Position numbers and translations under genes: made by a program
The notes under the pieces: generated by a model
Database searches by the model: none
What the model was told of the DNA's origin: nothing
The model's input: the letters and a program-made list of their open reading frames with translations, nothing else
Assembly (NCBI GenBank): GCA_965237525.1
Contig: CBDEFO010000008.1
Span: 32,001-96,000 of the forward strand
Length of the DNA stretch: 64,000 nt
Origin: Candidatus Latescibacterota bacterium
GTDB lineage: Bacteria; Latescibacterota; CBDEFO01
Reading direction: 5' to 3'
In this document: positions 42,173 through 51,292 of the stretch, one piece after another
Layout: each line of letters begins with the position of its first letter
How positions within the stretch are numbered: position 1 is the first letter of the stretch

Positions 42173-42292
42173 GCCAGCTTCTCCTTTGACTATCTGAGTT
42201 ATATTAAAAATATGAAAAGAGCGCTTGAATGTAAAGAGATTTCTTGAGTAAGGCGAAGGTCACTTTGTTTTAGCCTTCAGGAGGTGGCTACA

Positions 42293-43189
42293 ATGAAAGT
42301 CTTCGTAACAGGAGGGACGGGCTTTGTGGGACGTAATATCGTTCATAAGCTTCTGGATGAAGGACATCAGGTTCGCTGTCTGGTGCGGCCTTCATCCCGG
42401 CGGGACCTCTCTGATATAGACGGTGTGGAGTATAAAGAGGGGGATATTACAGAGCGGGATTCCCTGAATGGCGCTGTGGATGGCTGCGATGGGGTTATCC
42501 ATATTGTGGGGATAATCAAGGAGATCAAAGGGGCCAGGTTCGAGAAGGTTCACGCTTCAGGGACAAAGAACGTGGTGGAAGAGGCAAAGCTCACAGGTGT
42601 GAGCAAATTCGTGCACATGAGCGCTATGGGCGCGCGCCCTGATGCTGTGAGCCGGTACCATAAGACCAAATGGGAGGGCGAGGAGGCTGTGAAAGAAAGC
42701 GGCATCCCTTATGTAATCTTGAGACCCTCCATAATCTGCGGAAGGGACGATGAGTTCGTGAACCTCTTTGCAAATATGATGAGATTTCCTGGAGTTATTA
42801 CGAGGACGCTGCCGGTTATAGGATCAGGGGAATCCAAGATGCAGCCCATATCCGTCGAGGACGTGGCTTTCTGCTTTGTTAAGGCTCTGTCAGATGAGAA
42901 TATAACCAATAAAGAATACGACCTGGGTGGACCGGAGCAGTTGACGTTCAACCAGATTATGGATACGATTATGCATGTGACAAAAAGGAGAAGGTTCAAG
43001 GCGCATATCCCTTCGATCCTAATGTATCCTGTAGCATCGATTTTAGAAAAGATCCATCCGAATCCTCCGTTCAACAGAGATCAGTTGAAGATGCTCAAAG
43101 AAGACAACGTGGGGGACATAACAGCTATGAGAGAGGATTTCGGGATCGAGCCTGCAAGGTTTGAGGATGTTATAAGAACCTACTTATAA
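42293..43189 (+). CDS. NAD(P)-binding NDUFA9-like extended SDR
   Basis: VTGGTGFVG, HMSAMGA, YHKTKWEGE and QPISVEDVA motifs. Confidence 0.88.
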   Translation: MKVFVTGGTGFVGRNIVHKLLDEGHQVRCLVRPSSRRDLSDIDGVEYKEGDITERDSLNGAVDGCDGVIHIVGIIKEIKGARFEKVHASGTKNVVEEAKLTGVSKFVHMSAMGARPDAVSRYHKTKWEGEEAVKESGIPYVILRPSIICGRDDEFVNLFANMMRFPGVITRTLPVIGSGESKMQPISVEDVAFCFVKALSDENITNKEYDLGGPEQLTFNQIMDTIMHVTKRRRFKAHIPSILMYPVASILEKIHPNPPFNRDQLKMLKEDNVGDITAMREDFGIEPARFEDVIRTYL

Positions 43190-43319
43190 AGTATTTATAA
43201 TACTATAAGTCTTATATGAAAATCAATTGCGTCAAAGACAACGGTGTATTACCAGTAGGAATGACTTTGATCGCGCGCTTTATCAGGATATATTTATATT
43301 TGGTGAGCAATAATCAGTA

Positions 43320-43560
43320 GACAGGAAGAAGAAGATCATCAGACAGATGGACGGAGAGCTCAGAACAAGGTGCTATCAAATTAATACAGATACCCAAACT
43401 TGGATCTCTAAAGGTTGTCAAAACAACAACAGAAAGTTATCAAAACAACAGCAAAAAGTTGTCAAAACAACAACAATTCTTCCTCTAATTCATTGTCCCA
43501 CAAGGCGATGCAGAGCCCGAAGGAAGTACCTAAGGAAGTATCTAAGAAAATATATGATGA
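43320..43560 (+). pseudogene. Remnant of a phage replication (lambda O-like) gene
   Basis: KIIRQ...YQINTDTQTW followed by internal direct repeats and PKEVPKEVSKKIY. Confidence 0.5.
43414..43476 (+). repeat. Three 22-bp tandem repeats (iteron-like)
   Basis: GTTRTCAAAACAACARCA starts at 43414, 43436 and 43458. Confidence 0.85.
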
Positions 43561-43885
43561 AGGTGGCACTATGGTCACCAAGTCCCAGACGAGCCAGCGT
43601 TGCCATCATGAAGATCGAAGGCATCAGCATCATCTTTCATAGAAATTCTGTCGGAGAATAAGGCCGACTTCCCCAAATACGCAGGAATACCTGATGTAGT
43701 TCAACGATGCATCGAAGACGACCTGGGTGTAGATGAAGGCAAAATTGCCCAAAATCTTATAAATTGGGAGAATTGTCGTTCACTCAAATATGAGCTTTTT
43801 CAAGACATAGCGTACAGATTTTCAATTGACTGTCAAGCCTTCGGTAATTCTCTTTCTTCCACGAGCAAAAACAATAGAGATTTTT

Positions 43886-44855
43886 ATGAACGACGGAGTT
43901 ACACACAGACTCGCTCCGAAGGTCTATTATTACACCTTCGGACCCAATGAGCCAGCTCTTGTGGTCAAGAGCGGGGATAGGGTCACCGTCAAGACCCGCG
44001 ACGCGTATGGATTCGACGAAAATATGAACCCTATCACACAGGAGGAAAAACAAAAGAGCGAAAACACAGAGCTCCGAGAATCGAATCCGGTAGTGGGTCC
44101 TATCTACGTCGAAGACGCCCAAGTTGGCGATGCACTATCTGTGTTCATCGAAAAGATCGCTTTGAACAGACCCTACGCATGGTCCATGCACTTGCCCAAC
44201 TTCGGTTCTTTCACAGGAGAGGGCCCCGGCAGATCTTTGCTTTTGAACGATCCTATTCCAGAGGCGAAGTATGACTGGAATCTGGATTTAGACGGAATGG
44301 TAGGGACTCTGGGACTCTCCAAGAGCAAGATAGGAAACGTAGAGATCTCTCTGCATCCATTTATAGGCTCAATAGGCGTGGCACCGCGCTATGGGCGCGT
44401 GGAGATGACGCTGACGCCGGGAGAATACGGGGGCAATATGGACTGTGTCGAGACGAAGGAGGGGACAACTCTCTATCTGCCCGTCGGGTACAGGGGAGCG
44501 TATTTAGAGTTTGGAGACATCCACGCCGCTCAGGGCGACGGAGAAATATGCGGCGTGGGTCTGGAAAACCACAGCGGAAGTGACCGTTCGGATAGAAGTG
44601 ATAAAAGGATGGAACATCGAAATGCCCAGGCTCGAAGATGAGACACACATTATGAGCGCAGCAAGCTCGCGGCCCTTTATGGAGGCCCTCCAAGCAGCTT
44701 ACATAGATATAGTCAAGTGGCTTGTGAAGGACTACGGGCACGAAAAATGGGAGGCCTTTCAGGTCTTATCTCAAGTGGGCACGATGCGAGTGGGAAATGT
44801 AGTCGATCCCAACTACACAGCAGTGGCTAAGTTTCCCAAGAGATATCTGTCGTAG
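43886..44855 (+). pseudogene. Acetamidase/formamidase-family protein, frameshifted
   Basis: NPVVGPIYVE, PGEYGGNMD and GDIHAAQGDGEICG. An extra A at CTGGAAAACC (~44565) shifts the C-terminus (TTAEVTV...KFPKRYL) out of frame. Confidence 0.85.
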
Positions 44856-44865
44856 GGAACCTTAT

Positions 44866-44940
44866 GTAGGGGCAATCCCCGATTGACTCTATCGGGGGTC
44901 GGGGACTACTCGCCTCAAGGGCAGGGAACCGTGCCCCTAC
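44866..44940. repeat. GTAG-type REP-like palindrome carrying micro-element copy D (44878-44903)
   Basis: GTAGGGGCA...TGCCCCTAC ends; inside, ATC^CCCGATTGACTCTATCGGG-GGTCGGG^GAC. Confidence 0.7.
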
Positions 44941-44992
44941 GATAGCTTATTGAGGAAATTGGAATGATTGAAGAATAAACCCTCCCGATAGC

Positions 44993-45467
44993 ATGCGATT
45001 TAGCAGAACAATAAAGCTTAATAAGAATCTGTCCCAAGCGTCAGATCTTGTGCGCAGATATTTTACAGAAGAAGGATACAGCCTCAAACAAGAGTCGGAA
45101 GGAAGCTATATCTTCGAGCGCGGGAAAAGATGGGTGTCACTATACACCTTCAGAATAGAGAAGTGTCACACTCTCCTGAACGCTGAGCTTGAAGAGATAG
45201 ACACCAATTCTACAAAATGCACTCTTTCGTATAAGGTACAGTCCCCGATTGAATCTATCGGGGATCGGACAGATTATCTTGAAGCTCGACAGGGAATTCT
45301 GGGAATATGAATTGAATAACTTGATCTCTTTTGTGGAAGGCGGCAAAAGAGCTGAGGAGAAACATGAGTTCAATCAATACAGAAGGCGGAGGGTCGTCGG
45401 ATGGATATTGAAGTACGGCACCATTCCCGGTGTAGTGATAGGCATAATCAGTGTCAAAGGCTGCTGA
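44993..45467 (+). pseudogene. Hypothetical membrane protein split by micro-element copy E (45244-45262)
   Basis: Deleting the 19 nt joins ORFs 44993-45310 and 45249-45467 in frame (SYKVQSIGQIILKLD). Confidence 0.8.
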
Positions 45468-45518
45468 AGGCAAAAAGGAGATAATGTATAGCAGAATATC
45501 AGGTGCAAACAAAAACAC

Positions 45519-45547
45519 TTGCGTTGTACCATCAACCTTATTATATT
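45519..45547 (+). promoter_or_regulatory. Probable tRNA promoter
   Basis: TTGCGT-N17-TATATT about 60 bp upstream of the tRNA. Confidence 0.55.
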
Positions 45548-45556
45548 TTTCTGGTC

Positions 45557-45594
45557 CCCGATTGACCCCCCGATTGAATCTACTGGGGGTCGGG
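45557..45594. repeat. Nested pair of 19-nt micro-elements (copy F)
   Basis: 38 nt = outer CCCGATTGACCC^GGTCGGG plus inner CCCGATTGAATCTACTGGG (45569-45587); outer site GTC^GAG. Confidence 0.75.
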
Positions 45595-45605
45595 GAGACG
45601 ATAAC

Positions 45606-45681
45606 GGCGCATTCGTCCAGTGGCCCAGGACGCTGGCCTCTCACGCCAGAAACAGGGGTTCGACTCCCCTATGCGCCACCA
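45606..45681 (+). tRNA. tRNA-Glu (CTC)
   Basis: Acceptor stem GGCGCAT/ATGCGCC, anticodon arm CTGGC-CT-CTC-AC-GCCAG, GGTTCGACTCC T-arm, encoded CCA. Confidence 0.97.
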
Positions 45682-45694
45682 ATTTAGAGTCTTC

Positions 45695-45742
45695 AAAAGG
45701 TCGTAAGCGTGTCCCTCAAAGCACCTGCACTTACGACCTTTT
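45695..45742. terminator. Bidirectional terminator-like hairpin between tRNA and convergent gene
   Basis: AAAAGGTCGTAAG...CTTACGACCTTTT inverted repeat. Confidence 0.65.
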
Positions 45743-45743
45743 C

Positions 45744-46820
45744 CTATATCTTCTTGATATTCTTCTTATTCAATACGATCCAGCTTTGGTCTATCTCAAC
45801 GCCCGCTACGATGTAGCCGAAAGCGGTGTGGTCAAGGGCCTGTTGTATCTGGCTTTTCAGTTCGTCCTCTGTCACGTCCCAACCCTGAATCACTGAGATG
45901 AGCCTCTGATCCCTGTCGTAGAGTCTGTATCTATCCAGGATGGCGCCGACCCAGGCGGCTTGGCATCCGTAGGCGGGGTCGTCCCTGTCGAAGACTTTAT
46001 AGAGGGAGAGTATCCCGACCGCCTTCAGAGGACTTAGAGTCTTTATAAGCGTGGGATATGTCTCCAATCCGTCGGGATGAGAACAGAGCATTCTTCCGTA
46101 TCCCAACGTAGTTTCAGGATCTTTGACGCCTCCGACTTCAAGGCCCGCTTCGCACTCTTCAGTAATGATCGGGACTACGTTAAACCTGGGGAAAAGAGAT
46201 TCTACGGCTTCTACAAACCTTAAGACAGCTATGGGGTTCTTTCCAAAGTAATCGGGCCAATCCCCTGACAACTTCTCACCTTCCGAGTTATCCCACATCC
46301 TGCACAGGGCGTTCCCGCAGCCGCAGCCTTCGGGAGCGGACTGGACATCGTTGAGAAAGATGCCGAGGGCACGCTCCGGTCCTGCTCTTAGGATGAGGGA
46401 TTTTACCCTATCCTTTTCGTAGTCGAAGACACCCTTGTTGTTGATGGAGACCCAGGGGTAGATGGACACAGAAGAGCCGCCGTAGAACCCAGTCTTATGC
46501 GGACGGTGCATCCATTTTCGGTTTTTGGCTACGGCAGACCTGTCTCTTCCAACCTCGATCCAGTAGTACAGACCGAAGCCGCTTGTGATTATGCTGTCCT
46601 TGACACTAGAAATATCGGCGTCTTTTTTGATCCTGGATATGTCAAGGACTACCGAATTGTATCCCTCGTCTCTTAATTTCTCAAGGAGACTTTGATCTAT
46701 CTTGTCAGGAGATGTGAGGTATCCCCTGAGGGTTTCTTCTCCTTCAGTATATGCATTTATAGCTGTAAACAGGACTAAAAGGGAAATAATTAAGATTATG
46801 CTCGTTGGGCGCATTTTCAT
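45744..46820 (-). CDS. Exported hypothetical protein with Cys cluster, possibly a TIM barrel
   Basis: Signal peptide; GIFLNDVQ.AP.GCGCGN.LCRMW. Confidence 0.7.
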   Translation of the reverse strand: MKMRPTSIILIISLLVLFTAINAYTEGEETLRGYLTSPDKIDQSLLEKLRDEGYNSVVLDISRIKKDADISSVKDSIITSGFGLYYWIEVGRDRSAVAKNRKWMHRPHKTGFYGGSSVSIYPWVSINNKGVFDYEKDRVKSLILRAGPERALGIFLNDVQSAPEGCGCGNALCRMWDNSEGEKLSGDWPDYFGKNPIAVLRFVEAVESLFPRFNVVPIITEECEAGLEVGGVKDPETTLGYGRMLCSHPDGLETYPTLIKTLSPLKAVGILSLYKVFDRDDPAYGCQAAWVGAILDRYRLYDRDQRLISVIQGWDVTEDELKSQIQQALDHTAFGYIVAGVEIDQSWIVLNKKNIKKI

Positions 46821-46936
46821 CCTCCGTTATAGAGTTATCTAATACTGAACAGACTATCTTTCCTCTCTTGTTTAATATAAATATGAAGTGACTATTAACG
46901 ACTGGCTACGAGGCTTCCGACTATGAATCTCGACTC

Positions 46937-48076
46937 CTATTCAAAACCGTATACTTTCACATGATTACCATTGCGATAGAATAACTCAGGCACCGCATCA
47001 CCTATTAGATTGCCGAGCAGAAGATAATTCTTCATAGTTGGATTACGTGCAAAATCCTCAGGCATCGAGATATAACGATCAAAGACGAATGTCCCATTTT
47101 CCCACTCAAAGCACCAGACTCCACTTCCAAGGGGTTCATCATCCTTGTAATATCTATAACCACTTGCTACCAATTCAATTCGTCCATCTCGGTCAACATC
47201 TCCCGCACCGTGTAAACGACCAGCCCCGGCATGTAAGAATCGCTCAAAGTGCCAGGACGTATCTCGGACAAGGTAATAGAAACTGGCAGAGTCACCATAG
47301 GGGCCAGAAATAACGATCTCATCGGCTTTATCGTTATTGAAGTCCGCTGTCACGACTGTAGGATGAAAAGAGAGGAATGCAAAGTCAACCTCCGCAATCT
47401 TGATAAACTGCTCCTCGTGACGAAACAAGACAAATTTATAGCGTTCGCCAATGGTACCGGGTGTGATCTTAACAGATGAAATGAAGCCGATCAGAAACAA
47501 CGTCCCGGAAGGATCCTGTAAAATATTTACAGTTCGGATGGGAAGTCCTGTGTTTCCCGGAGAAAAGTAGGTGTATCTTGTTCCGCTGCCAAAGTTGCAG
47601 GACGTCAGATCTCGCCCTTGCCCAGTCCAAATACCCAATTTATGACACGCAAAGTCATAGACATCTCTCAGTTCGCATTTCTCATACGTGGTGACTTGAC
47701 GGAACGTGTCACCGTCCCAGGTATAGCCAGCCGGATGTCCATCGAATCCCATCAAGTGAGTTTGTTGCCCGCCATCTACGTAGACAATATCATCCTTTTG
47801 ATCGTGGTTTATATTTCCCAGTTTAACGAGCCTATTGTTCGCATATTTTGATGGAAGAGGACGCTCAGAAATAAGATTGAAATCAAGTTCGCCCTCCCAG
47901 AGAAGCTTTACAGGCACGGGTTCATTTGCACCGCTCCCGGGTGTCACGTTCAGAAACAAACTTAAGACTGACAGAACTTTAATCAGTTGATAGCGGATTT
48001 TTCTCAAAATGTAGACTCCCTTTTTTCTTCTCAATATTCTCGTCCCCACCGATTTGTTCGACCCATCTGCCTCCAT
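46937..48076 (-). CDS. Exported FG-GAP/VCBS-repeat protein
   Basis: GNINHDQKDDI, ADFNNDKADEI, GDVDRDGRIEL and GNLIGDAVPEL. Start likely downstream of 48076. Confidence 0.75.
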   Translation of the reverse strand: MEADGSNKSVGTRILRRKKGVYILRKIRYQLIKVLSVLSLFLNVTPGSGANEPVPVKLLWEGELDFNLISERPLPSKYANNRLVKLGNINHDQKDDIVYVDGGQQTHLMGFDGHPAGYTWDGDTFRQVTTYEKCELRDVYDFACHKLGIWTGQGRDLTSCNFGSGTRYTYFSPGNTGLPIRTVNILQDPSGTLFLIGFISSVKITPGTIGERYKFVLFRHEEQFIKIAEVDFAFLSFHPTVVTADFNNDKADEIVISGPYGDSASFYYLVRDTSWHFERFLHAGAGRLHGAGDVDRDGRIELVASGYRYYKDDEPLGSGVWCFEWENGTFVFDRYISMPEDFARNPTMKNYLLLGNLIGDAVPELFYRNGNHVKVYGFE

Positions 48077-48480
48077 CCGATATAGGACTGGATAGCGTAA
48101 CTCTCAAAGTTAGGTAACTTTATCTGCAAGCATCCAGTACTCGGACTTATCATGAGTCTGTACTTCGTTTTTTGATAGCTGAGCAGATTTTATCCTTTCT
48201 ATTTCCTTCTTTAGGGACAATGTCTTCCTTCCCGTTGACCCGACAGCGTTTCAGGAAAGCTTCCATAACGTCACATCAAAAACGTTTACAGGCATCTCGT
48301 GGCCGATCCAGTGCTGCGGCCTATAGATCACAGTGTAGCCGTTGCGGTGGCCGAAGTACGGTTGCGGGCGTCGTCGGGTAGCGTTGACTCGTAATGCTTG
48401 CTTGGCTCTTATCCTGGACTTTCCACTTAATCTTTAAACTCACCAACCTGTTATCGACGAAAAGCAAGCTGATACATCAT

Positions 48481-49596
48481 TTAGCCAATCTGAGTCAATA
48501 CCTCTTTACATCGTTCGGCCACAATCCGTTCCTGCCCAGGCCGGAGTGTGTGAGGGTTTATCACAATGCTGTCCTGAGTAAAGTGTTGACCAACGACAAT
48601 ACTCGGTTCGCCCTCTTGTAACGCCTCTGCTATCATCTCTAGGGTGAGGCCAGCGTCTGCCTCCGGGCGGATGTAGAGCATCGGCACCCTATACGTCTCC
48701 CCTTTGGTGAAACGGCCTACCTCTACATGCGGGACACCCTTCAACGCTTCTTCGATATAGTCCCTTTGAGCCGCCCAGCGAACGCTATCGGCCTCGTGAT
48801 CTCGCGCCAGATACAGTTCCAGGGCCTTCAGAAATCCGATGATCTCCTCCCTGCTCACCTTCATAGGGCGACCGACTGTGGCGAATGGGTTGCCGTTGGC
48901 AGCGCACGCTGCAATGAGGTCTTTGCGACCGATGATCATCCCGGTGGATTGCGGTCCCATGATGCTCTTACCACCACTGAAGATAACAAGATCGACACCT
49001 GCCCGCCAGAAACGCGTCAGGGTGGAGACCGGAGGACACTCCGAGGCTGTATCCACAATTACCGGCACGGATGCAGCCCCGGCCATGGCCACGACCTGAT
49101 CCAACGGCACTGAGGTTGGATGGTCCATGACGTTGGCCATGTAGAAGATGGCCGCTGTGTTCTCATTGATGGCATGGTACATCGCCTCAGTTGGTGGTGT
49201 CCCTTGATCATCAATCTCAATCAGAGTCGCCCCAGCCAGACGAATCGCCTGATCATAAGCAATTCGGTGCGCCTTCTGGATGATGACTTCATGCTTCATA
49301 CCGGTCGTATCAGGCAATTGTTCAATCTTAACCGGGTCGTTCCCGGCCATACAGGCAGCGGTGGTCAACACCAAACCACAGGCCGCGCCCGCCGTCACAT
49401 ACGCGGCCTCTACCTCAAGCATGGCGGAGATCTTTTGGCCGACCCTCTCGTGCAACTCGTCCAAAAAACAGAACTCTTGGGATGCTTGGCGCATACTCTC
49501 CAATACTTCGGGAGCCATAAGGGAACCGCCGTACCGGGTGACAGTCCCAGCTGCATTGATTAGCGTGCGCACGCCTAATTCCTCATAAATGCTCAT
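48481..49596 (-). CDS. SelA-like / DgaE-family PLP-dependent enzyme
   Basis: INAAGTVTRYGGS, VIVDTA, IFSGGKSIMGPQSTG and GRPMKVSREE motifs. Confidence 0.85.
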   Translation of the reverse strand: MSIYEELGVRTLINAAGTVTRYGGSLMAPEVLESMRQASQEFCFLDELHERVGQKISAMLEVEAAYVTAGAACGLVLTTAACMAGNDPVKIEQLPDTTGMKHEVIIQKAHRIAYDQAIRLAGATLIEIDDQGTPPTEAMYHAINENTAAIFYMANVMDHPTSVPLDQVVAMAGAASVPVIVDTASECPPVSTLTRFWRAGVDLVIFSGGKSIMGPQSTGMIIGRKDLIAACAANGNPFATVGRPMKVSREEIIGFLKALELYLARDHEADSVRWAAQRDYIEEALKGVPHVEVGRFTKGETYRVPMLYIRPEADAGLTLEMIAEALQEGEPSIVVGQHFTQDSIVINPHTLRPGQERIVAERCKEVLTQIG

Positions 49597-49818
49597 AGCT
49601 GGGTCTTCCTCCTCCCTGGGCGTGATTCTTGAGAATGCCAGGGGATGCGAGAATCACAGTGAGGTATTAGTACAGCCTACTATATGGAGTTTGACAAGCA
49701 TAACGACCAAGCTGGCTGGCGGCGATGGAGTGCCAGCCGAATCCCCGTCCACTCCAGCGCCTTGTCAGGATGGATTAGTAACAATCCTTTGTACTGCCCC
49801 CCAGGAAAGCGACACCAA

Positions 49819-50720
49819 TTAAGCGACCTGGGGTAGTAGATAAAATTGTTTTCTCCACTCTTCCGGGGTCTTATATCCCAGGGATGAATGAAGCCTGTTC
49901 TTGTTGTAATTATCGATCCACTGAGATATGATCTTCTCAGCCTGTTCAAAGGATTCAAACTTGTGAAGCCAAACACACTCTTGCTTGAGGGTCCTGAAAA
50001 AACGCTCTACAACACCGTTCCAATCGGGATTACCACTTGGTATGTATTCCTGACGAATTCCCCAATATTCGGTACTTGCCAAATAGGTCCGAGACAAAAA
50101 GATGGAGCCGTTGTCAGAGCGAAAAGTGAGACCCTGGGGGACAGCCTCCTTGGAAGTGTATCGAGAGATCACGGCCCGATCCAGGGCATCTGTGGCCTCC
50201 AGTGCCCTCCCTTTTCGACTAAAACGATACCCGGGAACCTCCCGACTCCCGTTGTCCACCACCGCAATAAGAGGACACCAACCGTCTTCCCCACAATAGA
50301 CCTTGGTCAAGTCAGCCGACCAGAGACTGTCAGGACGATCCATCACAGAACGCTTCTGGGCAACCTGTGGCCCCTTTCTCCCGGGGTCCCCGATTGATTC
50401 TATCGGGGATTCCACAGCTTACACTGCCACCCCTTAAGCTTCATTATCCTATGAACCTTCTTGATGCTGACACATTCCCCTTCCTTGAAACGAAGATGCG
50501 CCCAAACCCGCCTGTGACCAAATGCCTCTTCTTGGTCGAGTATCCCTCGAACACGAAAAGCAAGCTGTTCATCTATCACAGACTCTTCGACAGAAGAACT
50601 GACACCTCTATACCTAAGCCTATACAGAGTCGAACGATGCAAACCCAAAGCCAAAGCTACCACCTTACGGGAATAGCCTCGACCCAAAAACCGCCCACTC
50701 AAGGCAACCGCTTCGTTTTT
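49819..50720 (-). pseudogene. IS3 orfB (DDE), interrupted by micro-element copy G (50389-50407)
   Basis: GHRRV, WSADLT, RSDNGS, VERFFRTLKQE and HSSLGY motifs; the element introduces a TAG and a frameshift. Confidence 0.85.
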
Positions 50721-51027
50721 TTAGACGGGCTACCTCCTCGAGTATCTCCAACTGGAGGGTTAACTGCCCTACCTTACGCTCCAACCGGCTGACCTCCCAC
50801 TCCTTCGGATCCTTGCGACCACGCCGAGACTTCAGACTCTCCTGCCCTCCTTCCAGGAAACTATCACGCCAGGCATACGCCTGTGACTGGCTAATTCCAT
50901 TCTTCCGACACACCTCTGATACATTCGCTCCTTTCAAAACAGCCAACACCACCTCTACCTTACGGGTCGCCGTCCAGCGCTTACCATCTTTCACTTCGGG
51001 GCTTGACAATTTGACCTCCCTTCTCAA
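50665..51027 (-). CDS. IS3 orfA (HTH)
   Basis: KRWTATRKVEVV...VSEVCRKNGIS...W, followed by a leucine-zipper-like segment. Confidence 0.85.
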   Translation of the reverse strand: MRREVKLSSPEVKDGKRWTATRKVEVVLAVLKGANVSEVCRKNGISQSQAYAWRDSFLEGGQESLKSRRGRKDPKEWEVSRLERKVGQLTLQLEILEEVARLKKRSGCLEWAVFGSRLFP

Positions 51028-51292
51028 ACCCCAATTTGCGAAATATTTGTCGCTCTGTCAAGGGGAGCGGTATGTTACGATCGGAGCCCCACCAATTTCA
51101 ACTAAAAATAGGACTTGACCTATGAGATCATGCGTGAGAGTTATCAGGATAACAGGCAAAGGTGGGATGAGGTCCTCAACATGGAAGAGGTGATCCTACA
51201 CATCTACAAAAAATTCTGACATACTTGCATCGATTTCAGAATTGTGCTACATCATGATACCTAAATCGGCAAACGTGGAACCTCTACATATA

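Larger units (their letters stand above)
49790..51074 (-). mobile_element. IS3-family element, inactivated
   Basis: Imperfect IRs (TGTACTGCCCCCCAGGAAAGCGACA versus CATACCGCTCCCCTTGACAGAGCGACA), orfA/orfB layout, A7 slippery site at 50716-50722. Confidence 0.85.

Noticed and set aside
43414..43555. CRISPR array
   Set aside because: The repeats are contiguous with no unique spacers, and no cas genes are present.
45606..45681. tRNA-Glu as an integration site with an att duplicate
   Set aside because: I saw no second copy of the tRNA 3' end and no integrase in the window.
48481..49596. selA / selenocysteine system
   Set aside because: The length and motifs fit the short SelA-like/DgaE group; no selB, selD or tRNA-Sec is nearby.
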